From: an uncultured Thermoplasmata archaeon
GTDB taxonomy: Archaea; Thermoplasmatota; Thermoplasmata; Halarchaeoplasmatales; Halarchaeoplasmataceae
Direction: 5' to 3'
Assembly (NCBI GenBank): GCA_964585175.1
Contig: CAZPCW010000001.1
Span: 12,314 to 76,313 of the forward strand
Length of the DNA stretch: 64,000 bases
The translations under genes were made by a program, and so were the position numbers. How positions within the stretch are numbered: position 1 is the stretch's first letter; each line of letters begins with the position of its first letter. Shown here piece by piece: positions 56,280 through 64,000 of this stretch. The notes under the pieces were generated by a model. That model saw only the letters and a list, made by a program, of their open reading frames with translations. It made no database searches and was not told the DNA's origin.

Positions 56280-56364
56280 GTAACACGAAAAAGATATGGA
56301 TAACATTATTAAGTCTTTCGGAAAGTGTAACACGAAAGATATATATCTTTGTCATTGATAACAC
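56280..56364. promoter_or_regulatory. Candidate NikR operator region in the divergent fmdE-like/nikR intergenic region: GTAACACGAAA (56280-56290), GTGTAACACGAAAG (56325-56338), GATAACAC (56357-56364)
   Basis: Direct and palindromic GT(G)TAACAC repeats lie between the two divergent start codons. A palindromic TATA-like AGATATATATCT is at 56335-56346. Confidence 0.35.
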
Positions 56365-56377
56365 TGATTTGATAAAT

Positions 56378-56782
56378 ATGGATGACACAACCAGGTTCGG
56401 AGTCTCCGTTCCTACGGAATTATTGGAAAAGTTCGATGAAAAGATAGATGAAAAGATGTACACTAACCGCTCTGAAGCGATAAGGGATCTCATTAGAAAC
56501 TTTTTGGTCGAAGAAAGATGGGAAGTGTCAGAAGAAAAGGTATACGGCTCGCTCACTATAGTTTATGACCATGAGAAAAGAGGCATAGCAGATAAACTTA
56601 CAGATCTACAGCACAAGGACCATACCCATATCGTTTCCACTATGCATATACATCTAGATGAACACAACTGTATGGAGACTATGGCTATAAGGGGAAAACC
56701 TGATGATATCAAGAATATAGCCGATAAGTTGAAGAGTACCAAAGGAGTAAAACACGGAAAATTGATGATGACGTCTGTGTGA
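56378..56782 (+). CDS. nikR: Nickel-responsive regulator NikR (ribbon-helix-helix plus ACT-like metal-binding domain)
   Basis: [39 protein letters not shown] is an RHH like Nik[61 protein letters not shown] carries the NikR high-affinity site His/Cys (H..H, H.H....C). The true start is the Met at 56378; the track ORF is over-extended. Confidence 0.75.
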   Translation: MDDTTRFGVSVPTELLEKFDEKIDEKMYTNRSEAIRDLIRNFLVEERWEVSEEKVYGSLTIVYDHEKRGIADKLTDLQHKDHTHIVSTMHIHLDEHNCMETMAIRGKPDDIKNIADKLKSTKGVKHGKLMMTSV

Positions 56783-56846
56783 AATCCCGTTTAGAAGTCT
56801 TAGTTAGAAAACCCAATGGCAGTTGATAAACCAATCGGGATCGAAT

Positions 56847-59063
56847 TTATTTCTCATCCTCGCTGAAAAGTACCAAAAGGATAATTATTATCCCTGCACC
56901 AGGCAGAATAAGATAGAAGGCTCTATCATTAGTCTGTGGATCATCCTTTATTTCTCCTTCCTGAATTTCCACCGACTTTTCATATGCCCTTGTTATGCCG
57001 TTTTCAGCAGTTATATTTACTGTTACATTATACGTTCCGATGTCTGAATACTCATGGACAACCTCTTTACCATAACAAGTTGAACCATCGCCAAAATGCC
57101 AGGTAGAGTTCTTAACCTTGACATCCTCTTTACACTTTAAACTGAACTTTACTCTATCCGATAGTAATGGTTTTTCCGGTTTGATAGATATATCTCCATC
57201 AATTGGATCAATTATATTTACCGTTTTATTCACGCTCGAGGAGGCACCTTCTTCATCCCATACTGTGAGATTTACATAGAATATTCCCTCATTTTCAAAG
57301 GTCATAGTCGGATTCTCTTTATCAGAACCATTCTTTCCTCCAAAATCCCATCGATGCCTAACTATTTCTCCATCACTGTCTTTAGATCCAGATTCAAATT
57401 TTATTTGCTGATCGACTTCTGGATTTTTAGGGTTAAAAGTAAAATTCGCAATAGGTAATTCATTTTTAGTAGTAATAAAATTAAAGACGTGAGCTTCACC
57501 TAGAGTATTTCCGGCCCTATCCGTAATATTTCTAAAGATCAGTGAATAGCTGGTGTTTTTCTCCAAAGAACTGAGCGTAGTGACCAGGCGTATCTTTAAA
57601 GTATCGTTTTCAACAAGTTTTAGATAATAAGACTCTAGGTCAGGTTGGAAATAGACATTTTTTTCACTGATGCTTTCCTCGTCGATCTCCTCTGAAAATT
57701 TTGCAGTGAATTTATCTCTTTGATTATCTATTCGGTCTTGATCTTTGGATGGTTCGATTTTTGATACTTCTGGAGCGACACTGTCAACGGTTAATTCATA
57801 ATGATCTTCAAAAATCAAACTATCGTCTGGATGAAAAATTCGACAATTTAAAGTCAGATTACCGTTTATCTCGGGTAGCTCCCATTCCGTTCTATATTCC
57901 CCCTGATAACTTCCGATATGGTGATCCACGCTGTTAGTTGTATAATTCAATTCTAAACTGAACTCAGAAGAACTTAGATTTTCATGGTCTAAAAACCAGT
58001 TGATCTCCATAGATTCTCCACCATGATGAAGCGAATCCGGCTCGGGATTCTGAAGATAAAACAGGAATGGATCCGGTTTGACTAATTCTCCAAGATGGGC
58101 CGAACAGCCTACGGATAATTGTGTCACCTTTTCCATCATCTTCATAGACATCTTATCGATAGTATCATTAGTTGAATGATAATATGGATTCATATTTTCC
58201 TCTATCATCATGGTCGCGTTATATCCACGAGACCAAAAGGAACTATGGTCACTAGCCCTCATTGAGCTATTATATACTGGTGTAATATTTAATTGATTTT
58301 CATATATCTGATTTACCTTCAACATATGGTCTAACTGAGGTCTAGATTCATGATTAGAATGCACTTTAACATTACTCTCTCTTGACTCCGAATATCCTAC
58401 CATATCATATTGAAACATAGCATCTATTTTGGTCTCTTCTTGATTCAAAGCTGAGCTAACAAAGTAATTGCTTCCTACTAGACCGACCTCTTCAGCGTTC
58501 CAAGCACAGTATTTTATGGTTCTAGAATAATTGTACCTGCTCAGTATCCTAGCTGTTTCTAAAGTCGCCGCAACTCCACTTGCGTCATCATCAGCTCCTG
58601 GCGCCTTTGCTGAATCGTTATTATAAGTGGCACCGGAGATAGAGTCAAAATGTGCTCCAATAACGATCGTACTACCCTCCTTATCAGGATTTACACCCTG
58701 TTGGGTTGCTATAACGTTCGATAATTCTTCACCCTCATATGTAAAATTTTGTAATTCACTTTTCAAACCAAATGAATCAAATTTCTGGTTGATCCACTTT
58801 GTGGCGTTCTCGTTACCATCCGTGCCGATATATCTCGTTCCAAAATTCTGTAATTTGGTTATGTACTCGTTGATTTTAGAAGAGTTCACTTTCTCCATCA
58901 TATTAGAGATGTTTTGATCATGCTCGGGAGTGCTAAAAAAAGAAGAACTTTGATCGACTGATTGTAAGGTTGTATCTGTCCCGGGAGCGGCAGTGTTTAA
59001 AGGAATAAAAGCTAGAATCAAACAAAATAAAACAAGATATGTTAATACGTTCTTTTCAAACAT
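56847..59063 (-). CDS. Membrane-anchored secreted M28-family aminopeptidase with PA and PKD domains
   Basis: N-terminal signal peptide, M28 zinc ligands (GAHFDSISGATYNNDSAKAPGADDDASGVAA, YDMVGYSE), PKD-like repeats (IANFTFNPKNPEVDQQIKFESGSKDSDGEIVRHRWDFGGKNGSD) and a C-terminal TM anchor AFYLILPGAGIIIILLVLF. Confidence 0.7.
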   Translation of the reverse strand: MFEKNVLTYLVLFCLILAFIPLNTAAPGTDTTLQSVDQSSSFFSTPEHDQNISNMMEKVNSSKINEYITKLQNFGTRYIGTDGNENATKWINQKFDSFGLKSELQNFTYEGEELSNVIATQQGVNPDKEGSTIVIGAHFDSISGATYNNDSAKAPGADDDASGVAATLETARILSRYNYSRTIKYCAWNAEEVGLVGSNYFVSSALNQEETKIDAMFQYDMVGYSESRESNVKVHSNHESRPQLDHMLKVNQIYENQLNITPVYNSSMRASDHSSFWSRGYNATMMIEENMNPYYHSTNDTIDKMSMKMMEKVTQLSVGCSAHLGELVKPDPFLFYLQNPEPDSLHHGGESMEINWFLDHENLSSSEFSLELNYTTNSVDHHIGSYQGEYRTEWELPEINGNLTLNCRIFHPDDSLIFEDHYELTVDSVAPEVSKIEPSKDQDRIDNQRDKFTAKFSEEIDEESISEKNVYFQPDLESYYLKLVENDTLKIRLVTTLSSLEKNTSYSLIFRNITDRAGNTLGEAHVFNFITTKNELPIANFTFNPKNPEVDQQIKFESGSKDSDGEIVRHRWDFGGKNGSDKENPTMTFENEGIFYVNLTVWDEEGASSSVNKTVNIIDPIDGDISIKPEKPLLSDRVKFSLKCKEDVKVKNSTWHFGDGSTCYGKEVVHEYSDIGTYNVTVNITAENGITRAYEKSVEIQEGEIKDDPQTNDRAFYLILPGAGIIIILLVLFSEDEK

Positions 59064-59126
59064 ATCATGGTGATTGTAAGACCATCTAATTAAATATTGC
59101 TATTTGATCACTTGCTGCTATCGAGC

Positions 59127-60335
59127 TCATTTCTTTTTTGGCAATTTCTGCATCTTTCCAACCTTCGCTATTACCAGCCCAAATATTGAGACTAGGCCCA
59201 TAGCGATCCATCCATATATCAAAGCTTCAGATCTTAATATATTCGTTACTATAGGAGCCGCTACATTTGCTGAATTCCCCAGTAGCCCTAGGGCGAATCC
59301 TCCTCTACTGACCAAATTGTCCGGATAAATCAATGAAGGCGAACTCCAGAACACCGGTCCTACACCCTGTATACCGGCTGTTAAGAAAAGAGCAAAGGGA
59401 AACAAAGAATTGATCTCATTGCTCAATGCATATACCATCAACATCAATCCTCCAAATGCGATGATGAAGGAAGCGTACATGATATGAACATATGAATTAA
59501 AAATGCCTCTATCAGTCTTTTTCCGTGTAGTTATCTTGTAGGCTATGTAACCGATTGTTATAGACCAGAACACTTTGCAAGCGTTTAGTACTATATGTAG
59601 ATTTTTTATGAAAGAGTCTTGTAAGCCTATTTCGAAACCCGTAGAGGGTAGAAAACCCTGTATGGTAAAAACTACCCATATGGTCGGGAAGAAAGTAAAT
59701 CCCCATATCCAGGTGAATTTGATGTTCCAAACACTTTCCACGTCGTGGTCTGGTTCCTCTATTTCAGGTTCAGTGGTAAAGATCCACCAAACTACCAACA
59801 TCCCGTAAAGCAAGATCCCAGTTAGCCAAAAGGTGTTTCTCCAACCCAATATATTGTTTAAAGGACCGGCCGAAAAACTTCCAAACATGCCTCCCAAAAA
59901 TATCCCAGATAAGACGATACCTACTGCCAAAGGCTTTTCGTCTTTCAATATCCTGCCCAATTGGGCGGAAAAAAGAGGGACCATCGATACGACGAAACCC
60001 TGTAAAAACCTTAACGCTATCAAGAGATAAATATTACCGATAAAAGGTATCAAAAGTTGAGGGATGGCCGCAAAAGAAGTTGCGATAACCACTCCTTTTT
60101 TCAAGTTATGTTCGAAGAACTCAGAATGACCTATGAAAAAAGCGGCAAATAGACCAACAGTGAAAGCGAGAATACTCCAATCAAATAATCCTCCACCCAC
60201 TCCAAGCGAGCTTTTAATTGTATTTTGAAGATCTGGATATAAACTCATTGTGGCGAATCCGAACGTAAGCATCAGTAAATTCAAAACGACAGGTCTTATT
60301 TTTTCCGTGACATCTTGGAGAGCTTGTCCTGACAT
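59127..60335 (-). CDS. MFS-type transporter
   Basis: 402 aa with about 12 TM helices in a 6+6 arrangement with a central loop. Confidence 0.6.
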   Translation of the reverse strand: MSGQALQDVTEKIRPVVLNLLMLTFGFATMSLYPDLQNTIKSSLGVGGGLFDWSILAFTVGLFAAFFIGHSEFFEHNLKKGVVIATSFAAIPQLLIPFIGNIYLLIALRFLQGFVVSMVPLFSAQLGRILKDEKPLAVGIVLSGIFLGGMFGSFSAGPLNNILGWRNTFWLTGILLYGMLVVWWIFTTEPEIEEPDHDVESVWNIKFTWIWGFTFFPTIWVVFTIQGFLPSTGFEIGLQDSFIKNLHIVLNACKVFWSITIGYIAYKITTRKKTDRGIFNSYVHIMYASFIIAFGGLMLMVYALSNEINSLFPFALFLTAGIQGVGPVFWSSPSLIYPDNLVSRGGFALGLLGNSANVAAPIVTNILRSEALIYGWIAMGLVSIFGLVIAKVGKMQKLPKKK

Positions 60336-60486
60336 CTTTACACCGATTTACATGGTCTCTTGGTGCTCTATCAACGAGTGTTATTTAATTCATTCGTCCA
60401 ATTTTCTAGATACTCGTATGACTATTGAAGAAAAAGTATTGAGGAAAATAATTTGAATTATAGAAAAAAGTATAGTCGGGTTTTTC

Positions 60487-61398
60487 TCAGAGGAATTCCC
60501 AATCGTCACCGTTCGAAGTGGAGTGATGTCTGACATCACTCTTTGGAATCGACTCCTCGTCTTCGAACCCGAACTGATCACTTACCTTTTTATCAGGACT
60601 ATTTTCAAAGTTCTTTTTAGATTTTGGAGAAGGTTTCCTTTTTTTGGGTCTTCTTTTTTCAGTATCATCAGAACCTTTAGTCTGTTTCTTTCCCTGATAT
60701 CTTACCGCGTTAAGATTGTTCAGACTTCTAGCATTGTTCGTTGGCGCTTTCGTTCCCTTAGGAGTATCTTTCGAGGCTGGATTTTTAGCATATTTATGTA
60801 GATTCGACATTTCTTTTTTTACCCTGTCTATAGAGCGAACTCCATTCGTTACTTCCTTTCTCTTTTCTAAAGAGATAATCCCCCCAATATATGCAAATAT
60901 CATGGTCAAGATATAACTATTAGAACCAAAGGGAACGCCAGCTATAACGCTGTGAAAGAACGCTGTCCAATACAGCCTTAAGAATTCAAAATATGGTCCC
61001 AAAACGGAATGAGAAGTTGCTAAAGCCATGATCTGTTCCGGATATTCCACGATATGTTCAACTGTTAGAAATAAATAACCTTGAGTAAGAGCGTAATATA
61101 TAGCTCCGATGATCCCTAAACCCACGATAGAAGATAAGATTCCTTTTTTAGGACCTCCTGTTCTTCTTCCACCGACATAACCAGCCAACATCGGTCCGAA
61201 GAGAGGTATCCACCACAGTAAAGCTGATAAAACCACGATATACTTTACCCCGCTCCAAAAATCGTAGCTTATTCTCCCAAATTCCTTTATCTTCTTAGCC
61301 GTTCTCCCACGGCCGTTGTTTTTTCGAAAATTCAATAAACCATCGTTTTCCAACTTTCGAGTCGCAGGATCCCTATCCTTTTTACTTCTTAGGTTCAT
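60487..61398 (-). CDS. Hypothetical membrane protein with a Lys/Arg-rich C-terminal tail
   Basis: Four TM helices followed by a 120-aa basic low-complexity tail (KRRPKKRKPSPKSKK) ending DDWEFL. The likely start is the ATG at 61396-61398 (MNLRSKKDRD). The track start at 61440 is a TTG inside the upstream GTCGGAC...GTCCGAC palindrome. Confidence 0.45.
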   Translation of the reverse strand: MNLRSKKDRDPATRKLENDGLLNFRKNNGRGRTAKKIKEFGRISYDFWSGVKYIVVLSALLWWIPLFGPMLAGYVGGRRTGGPKKGILSSIVGLGIIGAIYYALTQGYLFLTVEHIVEYPEQIMALATSHSVLGPYFEFLRLYWTAFFHSVIAGVPFGSNSYILTMIFAYIGGIISLEKRKEVTNGVRSIDRVKKEMSNLHKYAKNPASKDTPKGTKAPTNNARSLNNLNAVRYQGKKQTKGSDDTEKRRPKKRKPSPKSKKNFENSPDKKVSDQFGFEDEESIPKSDVRHHSTSNGDDWEFL

Positions 61399-61499
61399 TT
61401 TTACCCCATCTAGTAATATGTCGGACGAAGTGTCCGACAATAAAGATAGGGTGGTAAAATTATTTAAAGATTTTGGCCGATGCTATCTAACGTCATACG

Positions 61500-62855
61500 T
61501 TATTTGATCGACTCCAGTACGCTTTCCACCTTTTCTTTGTGCTCTTCGGCTAGTTTTTCAGCGGTTTCACTATTTTTAGCTTCGGAATATACTCTATACT
61601 TGGGCTCCGTACCAGAAGGCCTTATCAATACCCATCCTTCGTCGTAATATATCTTGAGACCGTCAGTATCGTCGTGGTTTGTATCACTGTAAACCTCTTT
61701 CAATTTTTCTAAAAGAGGTGTCTTCAATTCGTCCTCACATTCGACTCCTTTCTTTTCTAAGGCGTAGTTTGGAAGATCATCTATGAGATGAGATAGTTTA
61801 TCTTGTTTAGCGACCATCTCTACGATTTGGGCCGCGGTCATCGCCCCGTCCCTGCAGTACTGGTGATCGGCAAATATCAATCCACCGTTTTCTTCTCCAC
61901 CAAATAGTGCGTCTTCATCTTTCATCCTCCTAGCAACGATAGGTGATCCAACAGCCGTGTAGATCAGTTCCCCTCCATTCTCTTCCACCACATCGGCCAC
62001 GCTACTTGAGGATGACACTGGAGTAACGACTATACCTCCATCATGTTCTTTGACAAGTTTTTTTGCGATGAGAGTCAGCGTTCGATCCCCCTCTATATAA
62101 CCACCGTTTTCATCGACAAAGATCGTTCGGTCAGCGTCTCCGTCGTGAGCTATCCCAAGATCAGCATCTGTTTCTTTTGTCAATCTTCTAAGGTCTTCTA
62201 GATTCTCCGGCGTAGGTTCGCTGTTATGACCGGGAAAAGACCCGTCGGGTTGAGCGTTGAGAGTGATGACTTTACATCCTAGATTTCTGAGAAGATAAGG
62301 AGTAAAATAGCAACCGGCTCCATTAGCACAATCTACGATGACCTTCAAATCATTTTCTTCGATAGATTTATGATCAATTCTTTCTTCGATAGCCGCAGCA
62401 TAAAGTTCTAAAGCATCATCCGTTCTTTTAGCGCCTACCTTCTCCCATCCTACGAGATCAAAATCTTCGGAAAAATAGATATCCTCTATCTCTTCTTCCA
62501 TCCATTTAATCAATTCCGTTCCATCCTCGTTCACACACTTTATCCCGTTGAACTCCGGGGGATTATGCGAGGCGGTAATAGCTATTCCTAGATCCGTTCT
62601 TCTTTTGGTATAATACTGAATAGCGGGTGTTGGGGCTTCGCCTAAATCTATCACGTCGCAACCAACGGCCATAAGCCCAGAAGAGACCGCATTTTTCAAC
62701 ATCTCGTTAGAATCTCGCGTATCAGTTCCTACAGCTGCCGTCTTTCCCTCGCCAAACCAAGTTCCGATTGCTTTGCCAAGCTTAAGTGCGAGGTCGGTAT
62801 TCATATTTTTATTGACTTTTCCTCTAACTCCGTTCGTTCCGAATAACTCCGTCAT
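61500..62855 (-). CDS. glmM: Phosphohexomutase (phosphoglucosamine mutase / phosphomannomutase family)
   Basis: Active-site serine loop GIAITASHNPPEFNGIK, metal-binding loop GIAHDGDADR, 451 aa. Confidence 0.8.
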   Translation of the reverse strand: MTELFGTNGVRGKVNKNMNTDLALKLGKAIGTWFGEGKTAAVGTDTRDSNEMLKNAVSSGLMAVGCDVIDLGEAPTPAIQYYTKRRTDLGIAITASHNPPEFNGIKCVNEDGTELIKWMEEEIEDIYFSEDFDLVGWEKVGAKRTDDALELYAAAIEERIDHKSIEENDLKVIVDCANGAGCYFTPYLLRNLGCKVITLNAQPDGSFPGHNSEPTPENLEDLRRLTKETDADLGIAHDGDADRTIFVDENGGYIEGDRTLTLIAKKLVKEHDGGIVVTPVSSSSSVADVVEENGGELIYTAVGSPIVARRMKDEDALFGGEENGGLIFADHQYCRDGAMTAAQIVEMVAKQDKLSHLIDDLPNYALEKKGVECEDELKTPLLEKLKEVYSDTNHDDTDGLKIYYDEGWVLIRPSGTEPKYRVYSEAKNSETAEKLAEEHKEKVESVLESIK

Positions 62856-63835
62856 TTTCTTTCCTCCTCAGGTTTTAGATCTTCCTCTATTATCTCAGAT
62901 CCTTTTTCTATATAAAGTCCGTCCGAGATAACAGAATTTTTTATAGTCACATCATCATCGACTATTACGTCGTATCCCAAAATACTGTTTTCGATGGTAG
63001 AACCTTCATCGATTTCTACCCCGTCGAAAAGAATAGAATTTGATATATCACTCTCATCTATAAAACAGTCCTTTCCGATCGTTACATATTCTCCTAGTTC
63101 GCCTTTCACAGAACTCCCTTCATCTATCAGGTTTTTCTTTCCTTTCTCATCCAAGAGAGTCCGAGTGGCTTCAAAAAGACTGGAAGGTCTTCCACAATCT
63201 ATCCAATAACCGCTGAACTGGTACCCGTACATCCTGTCTTCGAGCAATTTTGGGAAAATCTCATGTTCGATAGATATTTTTTGTCCCTCCGGTATCCTGT
63301 CCAATACTTCCGGTTCAAGTATATAATGACCGGCATTTATAAGATCAGAAAAAGCCTCTCCGGGATCTGGCTTCTCTTGAAAGCGTTTTATCCTGGAGTT
63401 ATCATCGAGGTCCATTATACCAAATTCAGTAGGATCGTCGACACTCCAGGCTGAAATCGCACCTATGCCGTCTTTTTTGTTGTAAAAATCGAGATATCTC
63501 TCGAAATCTAAACTCGAAACTACATCTGAATTTAGAACGATAAAGGTGTCATCGATGAATTCTTCCACGTTTTTTATAGCTCCTCCGGTACCTCTCGGTT
63601 CTGGTTCATCCACCACATGAACTTTTTCATCCAAGTCCACTTCTGAAAAATAATCCCTGAGCATTTCGATTTTATAATTAGCTGCCAGTACGATCTCATC
63701 TACAGCATCAGGTAATGAATCTATTAAACGGTGTATCAACGGCTTATTCAGCAGTGGTAGAAGCGGTTTTGGGGTCGTATAAGTCAGGGGACGCATTCTT
63801 GTCCCAAATCCTCCCGAAAGTATTATCGCTTGCAT
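62852..63835 (-). CDS. Sugar-1-phosphate nucleotidyltransferase with C-terminal left-handed beta-helix acyltransferase domain (archaeal GlmU-like)
   Basis: N-terminal MQAIILSGGFGTRMRPLTYTTPKPLL matches GxGTRxxPxT. The C-terminus carries hexapeptide repeats (ILGYDVIVDDDVTIKNSVISDGLYIEKGSEII). It overlaps glmM by 4 nt. Confidence 0.7.
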   Translation of the reverse strand: MQAIILSGGFGTRMRPLTYTTPKPLLPLLNKPLIHRLIDSLPDAVDEIVLAANYKIEMLRDYFSEVDLDEKVHVVDEPEPRGTGGAIKNVEEFIDDTFIVLNSDVVSSLDFERYLDFYNKKDGIGAISAWSVDDPTEFGIMDLDDNSRIKRFQEKPDPGEAFSDLINAGHYILEPEVLDRIPEGQKISIEHEIFPKLLEDRMYGYQFSGYWIDCGRPSSLFEATRTLLDEKGKKNLIDEGSSVKGELGEYVTIGKDCFIDESDISNSILFDGVEIDEGSTIENSILGYDVIVDDDVTIKNSVISDGLYIEKGSEIIEEDLKPEEERK

Positions 63836-63870
63836 GGGAAGTTATTATACCTGTTTTACTAATAAAGATT

Positions 63871-64000
63871 ACGATTCCAGTTTATCTAATTCTTTCCCTA
63901 CATCCTCTATATTATCAAAACTTTCGACTGCATCGACTTCCCAAGTTCCCAGACCGAGTATCCGCTTACCGTATTTTTGGGCCATAGAAATTTCCGATAG
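63871..64000 (-). CDS. 3' end of a CDS continuing beyond the window (unknown product)
   Basis: The minus-strand frame stays open from 64000 down to the TAA at 63871-63873 (...MAQKYGKRILGLGTWEVDAVESFDNIEDVGKELDKLES*). The acidic composition fits the genome. Alternatively it is a 35-aa micro-ORF. Confidence 0.25.

Noticed and set aside
55561-56556. 331-aa version of the FmdE-like ORF, and the 177-aa version of nikR starting at 56249
   Set aside because: The N-terminal extensions are low-complexity and overlap each other's promoter region on opposite strands. Internal Mets at 56259 and 56378 give proteins with family-typical N-termini. I used the shorter models.
63715-63987. 90-aa plus-strand ORF at the right edge
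   Set aside because: It overlaps the 5' end of the GlmU-like gene and the open minus-strand frame. Its hydrophobic non-acidic composition gives no support. The minus-strand partial frame is retained only at low confidence.

Overview
This is a 64 kb, AT-rich (about 38-40% GC) window from an archaeon. The evidence for archaeal origin is aIF-5A with a hypusine loop, class III signal peptides on archaellins, an arlFGHIJ operon, and TATA-box plus short-leader gene starts with AGGAG Shine-Dalgarno sites. Almost every protein is strongly acidic (D/E-rich), which points to a salt-in halophile. A low-GC halophilic lineage such as Nanohaloarchaeota is my guess, not something I can show.

Housekeeping genes: a truncated IleRS-family gene at the left edge, lpdA, ftsZ, an aIF5A-agmatinase operon, pepF, a heavily sequon-decorated surface protein, a nitroreductase, a flavodoxin, a glmU-like/glmM pair, and a NikR-controlled FmdE-like/ABC-transporter operon.

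The centre of the window (about 12.2-45.9 kb) is a motility/taxis supercluster. On the minus strand there is a tandem array of seven archaellin (arlB) paralogs. Four are near-identical over the first 70 codons and their flanks, and one is a pseudogene. A divergent operon carries an archaellin-like gene, a 1147-aa multidomain protein, arlF (fused to NHL repeats), arlG, arlH, arlI, arlJ and a second arlI paralog. Next comes a PAS histidine kinase / REC / standalone CheB-methylesterase / CheF-like operon, then a beta-propeller coiled-coil protein, two more CheF-like paralogs, and cheW, cheR, cheA, cheB, cheY.

The 1147-aa protein combines an ArlD/E-like N-terminus, a DUF835-like domain, a very long acidic coiled coil and a bactofilin-like C-terminus. 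I rank it as the most likely undescribed element.

Other notable items: an IleRS-family paralog lacking both HIGH and KMSKS; a ThiI-like protein lacking the SGGxDS PP-loop; a conserved ATGATAATCAT palindrome in archaellin leaders that recurs at the divergent arl promoter; a tandem GTCnGAC motif at two unrelated promoters; a GC-rich (about 50%) non-acidic, probably non-coding island next to cheY; and a strong GC hairpin inside the archaellin array. I found no CRISPR array, rRNA, tRNA or obvious transposase.
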